Part shown: positions 1 to 13,364 of the stretch, piece by piece | Position numbering within the stretch: the stretch's first letter is position 1 | How the letters are laid out: each line of letters begins with the position of its first letter | Source: Podospora anserina | Taxonomy: Eukaryota | DNA length: 64,000 nucleotides | Direction of reading: 5' to 3' | Assembly (NCBI GenBank): GCA_017654855.1 | Contig: CM030335.1 | Span: 2,976,001 to 3,040,000 of the forward strand | Notes under the pieces: model-generated | What the model saw: the letters and a program-made list of their open reading frames with translations, nothing else | Database searches by the model: none | Told to the model about the DNA's origin: nothing | Made by a program: the position numbers and the translations under genes

Positions 1-573
1 CGTCATGTTGTTCTTTGGTTTCCTGCGCTTGTTGGAGTCTTTGGTTGGGGTAGGGGTGAGGAGGGTGTTGCCCTCGCCAAAGGCGGGAGCGTTGGAGCCA
101 AAGTGACCGCCTCCGCCATCGCTAGAGTTGAGACGGCCTCCGTCGCTGGTGCTCTCGCGGACTTCGGTGGAGGACTGGCTTCGCTCGTCGGGGTGCTCTT
201 GGATGCTGCCTGAGACGCCGTCGGAGCGGGAGTTGGACCGGTAAAAGGAAGGCGGTAGCGGGCCGACGTCGATGTTGATGAGGGAGAGCTGGGTCCCGGC
301 TGTGGCAGGCTGAGGTGCCGTCGAGAGGGGATTCGGGTTCTGAATGGGAGCCTCGGATGGATGCGGTGGCGGTGTCGCGAGATGCAGGTCCTCTTTCAAG
401 ACGTAGAGACCCTCGCCGACGAGAAACTGATATTCGGGCCCCGTCGGGGTGGTGAGAATATTGTTCGTCTCAATCATTGGTAAGACGCCGCCAGTTGCCG
501 AGATGCCATTGTATCCCCCTCCTGGCTGAGAGGGATATCTTGGTGGGGGCGGGAGGACACTGAGGGAAAACAT
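1..573 (-). CDS. creC: Catabolite repression WD40 protein CreC, N-terminal part (gene runs off the left edge)
   Basis: Not in the ORF track. Manual translation from ATG 573 gives MFSLSVLPPPPRYP...MIETNNILTTPTGPEYQFLVGEGLYVLKEDLHLATPPPHPSEAP...KRRKPKNNMT, open to position 1; recognised as the CreC N-terminus. Confidence 0.85.
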   Translation of the reverse strand, partial: MFSLSVLPPPPRYPSQPGGGYNGISATGGVLPMIETNNILTTPTGPEYQFLVGEGLYVLKEDLHLATPPPHPSEAPIQNPNPLSTAPQPATAGTQLSLINIDVGPLPPSFYRSNSRSDGVSGSIQEHPDERSQSSTEVRESTSDGGRLNSSDGGGGHFGSNAPAFGEGNTLLTPTPTKDSNKRRKPKNNMT

Positions 574-1839
574 CAGCCATTGTGCAGCTACGACGGCTGG
601 GCAGGGCAAGTGATAAGAACGACGTGATTCGTGACGCTGGCCTGTGGTGCTTGCCAATTGCCATGAACCGCGATGTCTTCGTTATTGGCTCTCTCTCCGA
701 GCTCTTGCTTATCTTACAACATGGCGGGCTAGTTTCCCGTTTTAGTGGTGACGCGCTTAACAATGCGGGGGAGCTTCTTGCCAAGGTCGCTAGGACACAA
801 ACGTGCTTCGGGGGGACTGTGGGGGCTGCCTGCTTGTACCAAGGAATTATGTTGGGAGGCTGGTATGTAGAGACAAGTCCAAAGTGAAGCTGTCGACAAG
901 TTGCTGTTCTATGTGAACTTCACCGTCTTGAGAGGTTTGAAACGCACGGCGTCGGCTTCCCGGGACGAGGCACGAGAGGCTCCCAGTTAGCCTACTTAGC
1001 TCGCTGCACTGTAACTCTTACTAACAAGCAGGGTCTGTGTTAACGACCCGGCAAACAGGCACAAGTGTCATCCACCAGGATGTTCGGGACGGGAGCGAAG
1101 CTGCTGTGGGGAACTGGAGGACCGTCCCGATCATCCGGGTGGTGGACATCAGCGAGTTTCTGCGATTCCACGATGTCAGAGAAGCAGACCGGCGGTGCTG
1201 CATCTCTTGGAACCGGATACAGTGCTCCCTTACTTCAGCTTGGCAGACATGGAGCTGAGAGCAGACGAATACAGGTAGCAATTAGTGAAGAAGGGGTTGT
1301 CTAAATTACAACGACATGACGGGCTGGGATATATATCTCAATAGTTGAAAGGCGATTAGCGCCCTGTGAAATGTATGGAATAACAACCAGTCTACTCATC
1401 CACAAAGAGTTCTCTAGAATACCTCCTCAACTGTCCAAGCTGTTCAAAGAGATCCGGTGGAAGCTGAAGTGAGAACTTGGAAAGACTTCACCAATTCGAT
1501 CTAAGGTGGGGCAGCCGCTCAGGAATGTAACCCTACTAACTTTTTAGCCAATTGGTTGGCTGGGTCTTGTCAGCGGACGTCAATGGCGGGGCTCGTGGGA
1601 AGCTAGCGTAAATGACCGCCGGGAAGGGGGAGGGAGCTTTGTGGCAGCTCAACTTTAAAGCCACCAGACGTCAATGGTCCAATATCATGCATGGCCTGAC
1701 ACTTTTACCACTACAGTTGCTTCCCGGTAGCTTTATTATCTGCCATCTGATCTTTTACTAAGAATCCCCATCTCTCTGGCTCTAGATCATGGCCCTTCGC
1801 TAGACGAGCTACATCAAAGCTTCAGTAACAGCCTTAAAC

Positions 1840-3776
1840 ATGGCGACCGGTACCGCACCTTTCCTGGACATGCAATTTTCCACGAAGCTGACCATATGTC
1901 TACAGCAGTTCGAATTTGTATCTGCGGCGACGAGGGGACGGGCAAGTCAAGTCTTATCGCTACCTTCGTCAAGGATACCTTCGTCTCCAACAAAATACAA
2001 GCCGTCCTGCCCCAGATTACCATCCCTCCAACGCCCGGCCACGAGAATGTCACCACCACCCTCGTCGATACCTCAGCACGACCCCAAGACCGAACCACAC
2101 TCCGGAGAGAGATCCGAAAATGCACCGTGATCATGCTGGTCTACTCGGACCACTACAGCTACGAACGTGTTGCCCTCTTCTGGATGCCTTACTTTCGCTC
2201 CCTCGGCGTCAACGTCCCCGTCGTTTTATGCGCCAACAAGTCAGATCTTACCGGTGATGGGAACACAGCGCAGGTGCTTGAGGAGGAAATGCTACCAGTC
2301 ATGGCCGAGTTTAGGGAGATCGATTCTTGCATACGTACAAGCGCAAAGGAGGGACGAAACGTAGTTGAGGTCTTTTGGTTATGTCAGAAGGCCGTGACAC
2401 ATCCAATAGCCCCGCTGTACGACCATAAAGAAAGCCAACTCAAACCAGCCTGCGTTGACGCCTTGAGGAGGGTCTTCTATCTGTGCGACAGGGATCAAGA
2501 CGGTTATCTCAACGATAAGGAGATGCACGATTTCCAGGCAAAGTCGTTCGATAAGCCGCTGCTCCCAGGAGAGCTGGAGAACCTCAAGGCTGTTGTCAGC
2601 AAAGCCGTACCAACTTGTGACATAAGCAAGGGGCTGGATTTACAATGCTTCTTGCAGCTGAACAAGCTTTACGCTGAGAAGGGTCGCCATGAGACCATTT
2701 GGATTATTCTCCGAAAACACCATTACACTGACAGTTTAAGTTTGGAGGATGGCTTTTTACAACCGAAGCTGGACGTGCCAGAATATGCCTCGACTGAGCT
2801 CAGTCCAGCTGGCTACCGTTTTTTCATGGATCTCTTCTTGATCTTTGATAAGGACAACGACGGAGGTCTCAACGACCAGGAGCTGGCAGCCTTGTTCGCT
2901 CCCACCCCTGGATTACCACCATCATGGGTGGAAACATCGTTCCCATCCTCCACTGTCCGGAACGAGGCCGGGCACATCACGCTTCAGGGATGGCTGGCAC
3001 AATGGAGCATGACCACGTTCCTAGAACCAAAAACAACACTCGAATATCTTGCCTACCTAGGCTTTGAGGGTCCAAACGCCCGGGACTCAACCACAGCAGC
3101 CCTCAAAATCACCAAACCCCGCAAACGAAGGCGCAGACCAGGCCGTGTAGACCGCAACGTCGTCCTCTGCTACATCCTAGGCTCCTCTGCCTCTGGGAAA
3201 TCAACCCTGCTCAACGCCTTCCTCAACCGCCCCTTTGACGCCCTTTACCATCCCACCATCAAACCCCGCCGCGCAGTCAACAGCGTCGAACTGGGAGGTG
3301 GAAAGCAATGCTACCTCATCCTCGAGGAACTCGGCGAGCTCGAGCCTGCCATCTTGGAAAACCAAGCCAAACTCGACGCGTGCGATCTCATCTGCTACGC
3401 TTATGACTCTTCCGACCCGGACTCTTTTTCTCACATTGTCGAGTTGCGCAAACGGTACCCGCAGCTTGACGAACTGCCTGCTATATACACGGCGCTCAAG
3501 GCCGACTGCGACAAGACGACGCAAAGGAGCGAGCTGCAGCCTGATGCGTATACCGCGGCGCTGAATATGTCTGCGCCGCTGCATGTGAGTGTTACGTGGC
3601 ATAGTATCAGTGAGCTGTTTGTTGCGCTGGCCGAGGCGGCGACGAACCCGAGTACTGCGTTTCCGAAGACGGAGGAGGCGCCGGATCGGACGAGCTTGTA
3701 TATGGCGTTGGGCGCGACGACTTGCGCGGCGTTGGCGGCGTTTATGATTTGGAGGAGGTCGACAAGTTCGATGTGA
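1840..3776 (+). CDS. GEM1: Mitochondrial Rho GTPase (Miro); exons 1840-1849, 1909-3776
   Basis: [10 protein letters not shown]-loop, two EF hands ([18 protein letters not shown]), second GTPase domain, C-terminal TM anchor. Intron GTACCG...GCTGAC...CAG restores MATVRICICG. Confidence 0.97.
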
Positions 3777-4242
3777 GGGAAGGGAAATGTGTGTACCAGA
3801 TTGAGGTTTCTTTTGGGAGCGGGAGTAGGGTTAGGTGCATGGATGGGAGTTTGATAGGGGGGTTGTTTAAACATATGTTTTGTAGTCAGTTCTTTTTCCA
3901 TTCCCCCATCGTTTGGCCCCCCTTTTTTTTCTCAATGGCAAGAAGAAAAAGAGAGCGTTTTACATTGATACCCGTCCTATGCACACCTACACCTTGAGGT
4001 ATACGCACGCTATATAGCATTTTAAATCCCCTTTTCTACTCTACCTTGTATCTTCAGCGGAATTCCAGAGTATTTTGCTGTTCTACAACCAGAAGCGTCA
4101 CTGTGATGATTTGCAAGAGATGATTTTTAAAACAGCAGCGCATGTTTGGCTTCTCATTGCTCTATAACAGAGCCTCAGCCCCCTCTGCTCCATTGATAGA
4201 GCATCCCACACTTTCCTCCCAATCCATAGTGGTATACCGCCC

Positions 4243-5757
4243 TTAAACCCGATAAAAACAAAAAGCCACATAAAAGCTCGCCGCCTCCATCTCCTCCGGA
4301 CTAACAAGCAGTTTCCCCCCATGCCTTTCCCTAACCCCCATCCTCTCGCTCAACGGCCCCAACTCCCTATCATCCTTCTCCATCTCCCATACATCCGCAA
4401 ACGGCTTGTGATACTGCAGCTCCAGGTTGTAATCCTCAGCCAACGCGCGAAAGGCCTCCCACGGAACGACATACTCCGGCACCTCCTCCACTGCCTCATG
4501 CAAGAAAAAGTTATACTTCCACCCAAACGGCGGTCTAAAGATCCCGTCCGCTGGCGTAGGACCGGGGAATCTCACTCGGTAGATATCATTCCCCCAAGCA
4601 GCAGTCTCCTCCGCCTCTCCCTCATCAGAATCCAGCTCCCCGTCTTCCTTATTAGGGTCCTCGTCGTCCGCTTCGCCATCTTCCTTCGCCCTGGCCCTTT
4701 CCGCCTCCTTTTCAGCCTTTCGCCTCTTCTTCTCCTCCTGCTTCTTGTTAAACTCCACCACCTTTGCCGAAATGACATCCGAGTTTGGGATGCACCCAAT
4801 CAACCTCCCCCCTTTCTTCAACGCCCCCGCCACATTCTTCAGCATCTGCCTCGCCTTTTGCTCCGTCTCAAACGCGTAATGCATGCAGAACATCATGCTC
4901 ACCACATCAAACCCTCTGTTGTCGCTGACGTTGTTATTGTTGAACCCAACCTGGCGAATAATGTCAATATCCCCTATCGTCTCGGCAAAACAATCCTTCG
5001 CGTGGAACCTCGCCTCGAAGATCCGGGGTGGAGGGCGACCCCTATGTCCACCTCTCCCTCCCCGGTGACCACCGCCAGGTCGGTTCATGCTTCTGTAGCG
5101 GTCGCGGGCTTGCTCGATGGAGACATCTGCCGGGTCGAGACCGACGTAGAGTTCAACCGTCTGGGGAGCCTGCTGCCATTTCCCCAAATCACCCCCCTTT
5201 CCGCAGCCAATGTCAAGAACCAAAAGCCGGTTATTGGAGGTCTGGCCTCTTTCCCTGGCGCCAGGGGAGTGATCTTCGTCTGGCGCAAATTTCTGAATGA
5301 TGCAGCTCTTAACCCAGTTGTTGAACGATCTCAGGCCTTTGATCCTGCTGTCGGTTTTCCTCCAGTCGCGACCACGCTCTGGGACGGCGTTGTAGTGGGC
5401 GCGGACGACGTCGTTGATGTTGCCGCGGGAGTTGTGGTTGGATGGGAAAGAGCCACTGCTGCTGCCGGAGGGGCCATAGGAGGTGGGAGTGTTCGCTGCG
5501 GCGCCGGCGGCTTCTTGGGCTTGGAGTTGACGCTGGCGCTCTAGGGCGCGCTGGCGGGCTTGTTCACGGGCGGCATCGTCAATGCGGGCGCGTTGGCCGG
5601 GGCGTTTGAGTTGTTTTTTGGGGGCTTCGCCGGAGGGGATGCCGGAGCCGGAGCCGGAGCCGTTGCCTGGGGATGTAGAACGTTGGCGCTTTTTGGCGGT
5701 GACGAGGTTGCGAGCGTTGAAGGGTTGGGGGAGGTCGGATTGGTCGTTGTCAGCCAT
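4243..5757 (-). CDS. ABD1: mRNA cap guanine-N7 methyltransferase
   Basis: VRAHYN, LRSFNNWVKS, VLDIGCGKGGDLGKW SAM-binding motif, FCMHYAFE, VPEYVVPW; first ATG at 5757 (MADNDQ). Confidence 0.96.
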   Translation of the reverse strand: MADNDQSDLPQPFNARNLVTAKKRQRSTSPGNGSGSGSGIPSGEAPKKQLKRPGQRARIDDAAREQARQRALERQRQLQAQEAAGAAANTPTSYGPSGSSSGSFPSNHNSRGNINDVVRAHYNAVPERGRDWRKTDSRIKGLRSFNNWVKSCIIQKFAPDEDHSPGARERGQTSNNRLLVLDIGCGKGGDLGKWQQAPQTVELYVGLDPADVSIEQARDRYRSMNRPGGGHRGGRGGHRGRPPPRIFEARFHAKDCFAETIGDIDIIRQVGFNNNNVSDNRGFDVVSMMFCMHYAFETEQKARQMLKNVAGALKKGGRLIGCIPNSDVISAKVVEFNKKQEEKKRRKAEKEAERARAKEDGEADDEDPNKEDGELDSDEGEAEETAAWGNDIYRVRFPGPTPADGIFRPPFGWKYNFFLHEAVEEVPEYVVPWEAFRALAEDYNLELQYHKPFADVWEMEKDDRELGPLSERMGVRERHGGKLLVSPEEMEAASFYVAFCFYRV

Positions 5758-6392
5758 GATGGGCGAGGTGATGGGTGAAGCGATGTCGCTTCGGCTGATG
5801 GTTTGGTTGATTAGATTTTTCGATCCCTCGAGATGAATTGAACAAAATCGGCGAGCGTGAAAAGATTTCAAGTGAGAAAAAGTATCTCTTCGTTTGTTGT
5901 TTTTCTGTCGTTGTTAAAAGGTTGAAGGTCCAGGAATTTACTTTGGAGCAAGCCGAGACAGGAAAGGGAAAGGGGATCCTTGCCGGGTCCGGTCGCAGAT
6001 GCCAAGACAGCACCCCTGTAGGCTGGGAGCTGACTGACGCGAGCTTTTGGCAGCCTTGCAGAGAGAGAGTTCGCGCTCGAGCCACCCAACCCAGCAAGAC
6101 GGACACCCGGACAGGCAAGCAACGAAGCTCCCACTTTCCATCTGTTCAACATCCAACTCTAAATCCAAACGACGACCTTTTATTTTCCGTTGCCGACGAC
6201 GGAACTACGAGCGACTTGAATCGTCTCGAACTTGAATTTCTAGCGATACAGCCCCGTCGTGCTTCCCATTGAAGCTGACGCAACCACTCTGGGACCTGAG
6301 CCTCGATTTCATCCAGCTTCATCTGTCACCACTAAACTCACAACACTACAACTCCAAGTTCAACCCCAACATCACATAAACCCACCGCAGCC

Positions 6393-7993
6393 ATGGGCTC
6401 AGATCCTCAATACGCGAAATGGCCTCTTCTGCCCCTCGCCCAGCATGTCTTCACCCTCACGAACCCATACGCCTCAAAGCCCCTCCAGCAATCCGCCGCC
6501 AAGGCCCTTCAGGATGCCATCACCGAGCACAAGATGGCCCCCTTCTACAAGTACCTTGCCCACCCCACAGAAGGCATCTTGAATTCCGTAGGGGAGGGTA
6601 GTTCAAATGTGCCCGGAAAGGCCCCCAGCAGAAAGAACAGCGTCGCCGCCGGCATGATCAACACCAAGAACCCCACCTCGAGCATAAACCTACCCTGGGA
6701 CGAGGCCCTGTACCAACAACTGCACGCCGATAACGAGAAGGAGTTGGAGGAGTTTCAGAAGGAGGAGGATGAGGCGGTTGAGAAGGCGGGTGATACCGAG
6801 ATTCAGGCTGCGCGGGGCAAGAGGGCCGAGTTCTGGGCTCGGGTTGGTGACAAGGTGCGTCTGCTCTTCAACACAGTACTAGCCAAGTAATATCTAACAT
6901 GTATTTCTTCAACAGGACAAAGCCATCGCCGCCCACGAAGACATCTTTGAGAAAATCGGCGTCCTCGGCACCAAGATCGACCTCGTCCTCGCGATAATCC
7001 GCATGGGTCTCTTCTACGGCGACAAGCAGCTCGTCAAGAAGCAAGTCACGCGGGCCAAGACCCTGGTCGAGACGGGTGGTGATTGGGACAGACGTAACAG
7101 ACTTAAGGCGTATGAGGGTCTGCATAATCTCACGGTTCGCAGCTACAATCTCGCCGCTCCCCTCCTCCTCGACTCCTTGTCTACTTTTACCTCGTACGAA
7201 CTCTGCACCTACTCCAACCTGGTCGTCTACGCTGTCTTGGCCGGCTCCGTCTCTCTTAAGCGTGTGGACTTCAAGTCCAAGGTTGTCGACGCCCCAGAGA
7301 TCAAGGCTATTCTTGGCGATGGCGAGGACAAGCTCCTTGCTCTGTCGGGGGCTATCTCTGCCGGTCCTGGTGTGGATGCGGAGATGCAAGATGCTAGCAG
7401 TGCGCCCTCTGCGGCCAAGACTACCGTCGTCAATCTTACCACCTTGGGATCCAGCACTGAGCAGGCCGAGGCGGAGATGTCTGTTGATTTCGGGAGCTTG
7501 GCCCAGCTGGTTAGTTCCTTGTATAACGGGCGGTATAAGCTCTTCTTCCAGGCTCTGGCCCTGGTGGAGGAGCAGTTCCTTACGCAAGATCGCTACCTTC
7601 ACGAGCACAAGAACTGGTTTGTGCGGGAGATGCGGCTGAGGGCGTATCAGCAGTTGCTGCAGAGTTATAGGGTTGTGGGGTTGGACAGCATGGCGAATGA
7701 CTTTGGGATTACGGTGGACTTTTTGGATCGGTATGTTTTTCTTTCCGGGAGGGCACTAGTCTGGGAGATGTGTGCTAACATGGAAATTGTGTAGTGACCT
7801 CGCCAGGTTCATTGCCGCTGGCCGCATTCCCTGCACGATTGACCGTGTCAGTGGGCGTGGTGTGATTGAGACGAACCGCCCAGATGATAAGAATAAACAG
7901 TATCAGGATGTGGTGCGCCAGGGTGATCAGCTGATCACCAAGCTGCAGAAGTATGGGCAGGCGGTTAGGCTGAGGGGGAGTGAGAGAGCCTAG
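6393..7993 (+). CDS. RPN7: 26S proteasome lid subunit Rpn7; exons 6393-6854, 6916-7730, 7795-7993
   Basis: KMAPFY, GGDWDRRNRLKAYEG, REMRLRAYQQLLQSY, C-terminal PCI domain; two canonical introns with CTAAC branch sites join the frames. Confidence 0.96.
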
Positions 7994-8498
7994 AAACTCG
8001 AGGGTATGTGGTAGGATGAGGAAAGTGAATACTGGTTTATGTAGTAGATGTGGTAGAAGGGGCCTGGTCTAATGTTGGGCTGGGTTAGTAAAGAGTTGTG
8101 TTAAGACAATGGCAGCGTCAATATTGATTCTTGATCCTGTTGCAAGTATATCTGTGGTCAAAATCCACAACCAGTGATCAAGTTTTGTTTTTGAGTTTTG
8201 TTTTATTTTGAGGCATCCTACCCTGCTGTCTAGGTATGTTATACAACCACACTCCCGCCTCTTTTGTACATTTCCATCCATAACCCTTTCTAGACAAGAG
8301 AGGAGAGATATCCAGAGAGTAAAGAAAAGAGAAGGGAGGAGGATGTTATACAAGCACATGACCCAACCAAGACAGGAATAACCCATTTCTTAAACTGAAA
8401 GGAAAAAAAAAAAAAGAGAAACAAATAACGCTTTTGCTCGCTATTCAAACTTTGAAAACTGCATAAAACGCCCCCGCCCCATCCATACCCTCTTCTCC

Positions 8499-10083
8499 CT
8501 AACGATACTTCTCCATAAACTCCCTATGAAACTTGACAATACTCCCCACCCACTCCGTCCCCGGTGCCAAAAATGTCGTCCTAAAATGCAAGCTCCCCTC
8601 CCTCTGCCCAAACCCGCTCCCGGGAACGACACAAACCCCCGTCGCCTCGAGCAGCCTCAAACAGTAAAACTCATCCGGGGTCCTCCCCTCCTTCTTCGCC
8701 GCCTCGGCCGCCTTTTCAGGGAGGTTGATGGTAGGAAACAAATACATGCTCCCCTGCGGACTCCCGCATTCCACCCCCTCCATCTGCTCAAAAGCCTTGT
8801 GCAGCGCCGTCGCCCTCTCCTTCAACCCGTCATAAATAGCGTCATACTCCTTCTTGTAAAGCTCATAGCTCTCCTCCCCGGGCCGGGGCGGGTTGACCAT
8901 CAGGTCCACCAGACACTGCCCAATGACCGGGGCGCAGAGCATAATGGACACAAACTTGTAAATCTCCTGCTGCACGTCCGGGTCAAAGTTGACCAGCTCA
9001 AAGTACCCCCCCCTGTGCCCGCACTCGCCCACCATGCCCTTTGACACCGAGTGCAGCGACGCGAGCTCCACCTGGTCAAACCCGTCGTTTGGACGCTCCT
9101 TTTGGAGGGTCCTCAGCACCTTTTTGAAGGAGACAAACTCCCCGATGAAAACGTTGGTTTGGTAGACCTCGTCGGCAAGGATGACTAGTCTTTCCTGGCG
9201 GGCGAAATCAATCACAGAGCGAATGTCGGATTCTGACAAGGAAGCGCCGGTGGGGTTGCCCGGGTTGATAATGACAATGGCACGGACGTCGATGCCCTTG
9301 GCTTTGGCGGCTTCGTACGAAGACTTGATGATCTCGAGGTCGGTTCCCCAGTTCTTCGACTCGTCAAGGTGGTATTCGACGCAGTGGGCGTCCAGGACGG
9401 CGAGGGAGGCGGTATACAATGGGTACTGGGGGATAGGGACGAGGATGCCCGTGTTGGAGTCCTGGCAGAGGACGTGGAGGAGGGTGTTGACACCGGAAGA
9501 CGCACCGGCCGAGAGGTAAATGTCGGATTGAGAGGCGGGGAAGCCATCTCTCCCTACAACAAACAGTCAGCATGACATTGGCCTGACAGGTACTGAAAAA
9601 GAACTTACTCTCTAGGAAATCGGCAATACTCTGCCTAATGGCAGGCACACCGTTACTGGCGCTGTACGCACCCACCGATCCCACCACCTTGAGCAGCTTC
9701 TTCGCCCGCTCAATCACATCCTTCTTGTACCCCAAATGCTCAATAAGCACATCCTCCTTCTCCAACAACACGGGGTTCTCCAACAAACTGAGCACCTGTC
9801 TGAAAAACGTAATAGGCTTCTGATCCAGCTGTTGAGGATTACCAATGTTGGCCGAAATAACCTCTGAAAACGGCAGGTCCGTCATCCCGCCCTGGAGGTA
9901 CGCCCTATACTCCTCCGACTTGACGGCGAGCTCGCCACGCACGGCATACTTGGCAGCCTTGACGTGGGGGTTGATGTTGTTCATATTTAGTCGTCTACCC
10001 GACGACGATGGTGTGGATGAAGACGCCATGTTGCGAACTTGTTGCTGTTGTTGCGATTGAGATTGGTTCGAGAGTTGACCCAT
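8499..10083 (-). CDS. ALT1: Alanine aminotransferase (PLP-dependent); intron 9554-9608; start uncertain (ATG 10083, ATG 10029 or upstream non-AUG)
   Basis: YAVRGE, ANIGNPQQ, INPGNPTG, ADEVYQ, SLHSVSKG..GECG.RGG, VVPGSGFGQ; GTAAGT...TAG intron joins the two ORFs. Confidence 0.95.
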
Positions 10084-12378
10084 AACGACGGCGGCAGTGG
10101 CAGCGACCGGGATGACTCCGACTCTTTTGCCGGTAGAAGTGATGGACGAAAAGCAGCGACCTGCGCAACGAGCAGCAGCCGACGATAGCGGGGTAGTAGC
10201 AGTCAATGGCGGGGCTGGAGCGAGTCCCGAGACGTCTGCAATGGGCACAAAATGTAAGAGAGTGATTGGTTGGATCAGATCAAACAGTTCTTGTAAGAGA
10301 AAGAATGTAGTGTGTGATATAAGACAACAAGAGAGAGAGAGAGAGAGCGCGTGTGTGCTTTTCCCTTGGTGTAAAAACACACAAACGACCGTGACTTTTC
10401 GAGGAGAATGTGAGAAAGAAGAACGCGAGGTCCGGCCTTCAAGCAGAGAGGAAGATGTCAACCTAGTCTCGTATATGTACTTCCGTAAACCCCAGGCAAG
10501 GCTAGCAAGAGTATAGGTCCGAAGGATAGGCGGCTTCCTTTTTCCTTCTCTCACACCCACAACTTAAAAGTCACTGGACTAAGGGAAAGCGGACAATCCC
10601 GAAGAAAGGAAACTGGGGGGGGGGTAAAGTGTATCAACAATCAAATTGACAAATGGGAAAAGGCGGGTGAGCAGAGGGAGGTAGGTGGTTGGCTACTGAG
10701 CCCCCAAAAGACCCAGGCACACATGAAAAGATGTGGGAATCAGCACACTTCTCCGTCCCCGTCATCCGAGTTCCATATGTTTGCCCCCCCCCGGGTGTTG
10801 GATGCAAGAATGGTCCCTGCCCGGCCGAAACCGGCTGGGACATCGGGTCCCCGTGTTTATCCCCCAGATTCAGATCACCCCAGCTTTTCTTGTTGGAGGA
10901 ATTGCAAACGCCAAGCAAAGGATTGGATGACCTCTGCATGGCCCGCCAAGGAGGTGAAGGGGCATGGCCATCATGAAAAAAGAAGGGAAATGGAAAGACG
11001 AATTGTATTGTTCGGTCTTTTGTGCCTTACCTGCGCGGGTGGATGGGGTTCCCCTCGGGAGTGCGCCCGGGATGAACCTGGCGCTGTGGCTCAGCGCTGA
11101 GTTATTTATCGTTGTCCCACGGCGGGCGACTCGCATCAGATAGGGCGCCATGTTTCCGATATGACGTTTGCGCTTCGAATCGAATATCGAACAACAAGAC
11201 CCGGGGATAGCGGAGATGGAGCGGACGCCCGGTTCTGGGCGGTTTTTCTGGCGTGGTTGAACGAATTATCCCACAAAACCTGTCACCAGCATCCGTACCG
11301 TTGGGCGCCAGAAGCAATTTCGTCCTTCGTTCGATTCCGGGGGGTCGGTCAAACGATCAGTTGGTTCGGTCTGGTCTGGTGGTCTGCTGTCTGTCGCCGG
11401 TCGCCGGTGTGAGAACCTCTTACTTGCAAAGAGAAAAAACCGAAACCTCTCCTCCTCGTGGTCACACCTTTATTGTCTCTCTTCTGCGGGAGGCGCGGCT
11501 CCGAAAATGGAGCCCTCGGGCGGTGTAATAAGAGAAGGCCACGATTGTCTGGGTCGCTTCGTTTCCGTACTAGGACCGGGTTGGCCGGCGGGTGCGGCTT
11601 AAGACCAGATGAGAATAGTAGCAGCAAGAAGAGATGTGGCTGTCTCGAAAAAGGCCGCAGGGCAACCGAATATCTCTTTGACATCGTTGCCGTGCGCCTT
11701 CCCTCGAACTTTCACGATATGGCCAAGGTGGGGGTTAGAAGACAAAATTGTGTGACACAACCAACAACTCAGCGAACTTCTCTTATCGCAGGCAAAAACC
11801 TGAGACATTCAAGCCTAGACCCTGCTCCCTCATGTCTATCCATCTCCATAACCTCATGAGCCCCAATGCCCGAAAGTTTACGTTATACCAATAACCACAC
11901 GACACCCTCACCTCCAGCGCTCATATCCAGTGAGTGTAACCGCGGGGTATTAGTGTAGCTCTATCACCACGTTCCAGACCTCCTCCCCCAATTCCCGACC
12001 CTTTCACTCGCACAAGCTCCCCCCCCCCCAAAATTGATTGCATGACCCCATCTCACCTGATAAACCCTCAACAACAACATGAGATGACCACCCGATGGCT
12101 ACCTTCGGTTGAAGGTCAGCCCAACTGTCCATAAAGGTACCCCGTATCACACTGCGTCTTATCTTATCGATACCAACCCCAACCCTTCCAAAATCTAGCT
12201 CACAACCCCTGGCCCGTGCACCCCCGATCCAATCCAAACCCATCCTCCAAGCTCCAAACTTCGCGATCCATTGCCGAGTCCCCCGACGACGACGACGACG
12301 ACGACCACCACCACCCCAATTCCCGACCAACCATACACCAGGTCCCATAACCCGGGAACTGGTCAAAAATCAGTTAAA

Positions 12379-12685
12379 ATGGCCAAGAAGGGTCCGTTCC
12401 ATTTTCTCTCCTCACCAACCCAAGGAGGAGAAACGCTGCTGACATGACACGAAAACAGCAAAATCCCGTGTTATCATCGTCCGCCTCCTCTCCATGGCGC
12501 AAACGGGCTACTTTTACACCTTCACCCGCCCCCGTGTCGGAATCCCAATGAGCATGATCAAGTACGATCCGATTGGTACGAGACACACCACACCTCCCCA
12601 AACCGGTACCCAAAATGCTAACAGGGCTCTAACCACAGTGAGGAGGAGGGTCCTGTTCTTAGAACAAAAACGAAAGGGGAAATAA
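12379..12685 (+). CDS. MRPL39: Mitochondrial ribosomal protein bL33m; exons 12379-12391, 12459-12575, 12639-12685
   Basis: Spliced product [58 protein letters not shown] fits the L33 family; both introns have branch sites. Confidence 0.92.
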
Positions 12686-13364
12686 ACCAAACCATCTAAA
12701 CCGAATGAGCAAAAAAGCAAAAAAGGCCTGGGGAAAAATGGGCTGGGAACGAGGATCAAGACCGAACCCAATACACCATCATATACGGCAGAACAAGAAT
12801 GGGGAAATGGACGGCTCAGATGATGATAGAAGAAGGAGGTTTGGGGAAAAGAGCTGGGCCTTTTTGTGTACGATACCACCGAAATTCTGCGCCATTGTAC
12901 ATTATCAATCCAAAAAACAAGGAGAAAAAAAACACCACATAGCATAACCGGCGCTTATTGGTTTGGGAGAGAGACTGAGTCAAATAGAGGAACGAGTCAA
13001 TCTACCCATCTTCCCTGATGATGCCATAGTTCAAGTATCATTTGGAACTCTTCGAGAATGGAAAGGGTCAAAAGATTAATGAATTTCAACAGCAGTTCTG
13101 TACCGCTTTGCTAAAGATAGTTATTGACTCCCCCCAGAAGCTCCGTCAGCTCAGTCACATATCTCTATAAAAGTAAGTCATATAAACTCCTAGTTTGATC
13201 TTTTTCCTTTTCCATATCGTGTGATAAAGCAAGGGTGCTCTTGAACATGCCAAATGGAAATCTAACAATGTACTCTCCTACGTCCTTCCAGATAGTACCA
13301 AATCATGAGCAAATCTCAGCGAGCAATTCTCTCAACATCCCACTCATCGCCAACCATGACCGTT

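Noticed and set aside
4321-5544. 407-aa antisense ORF over ABD1 (and similar ones at 6868-7608, 21425-22189, 29527-30357, 45441-46472, 53750-54907)
   Set aside because: Shadows of strongly biased sense-strand codon usage; low-complexity L/P/H/R translations with no motifs.
10600-12370. Short ORFs between ALT1 and MRPL39
   Set aside because: No motifs, codon bias or consistent splice signals; looks like divergent promoter DNA with microsatellites.
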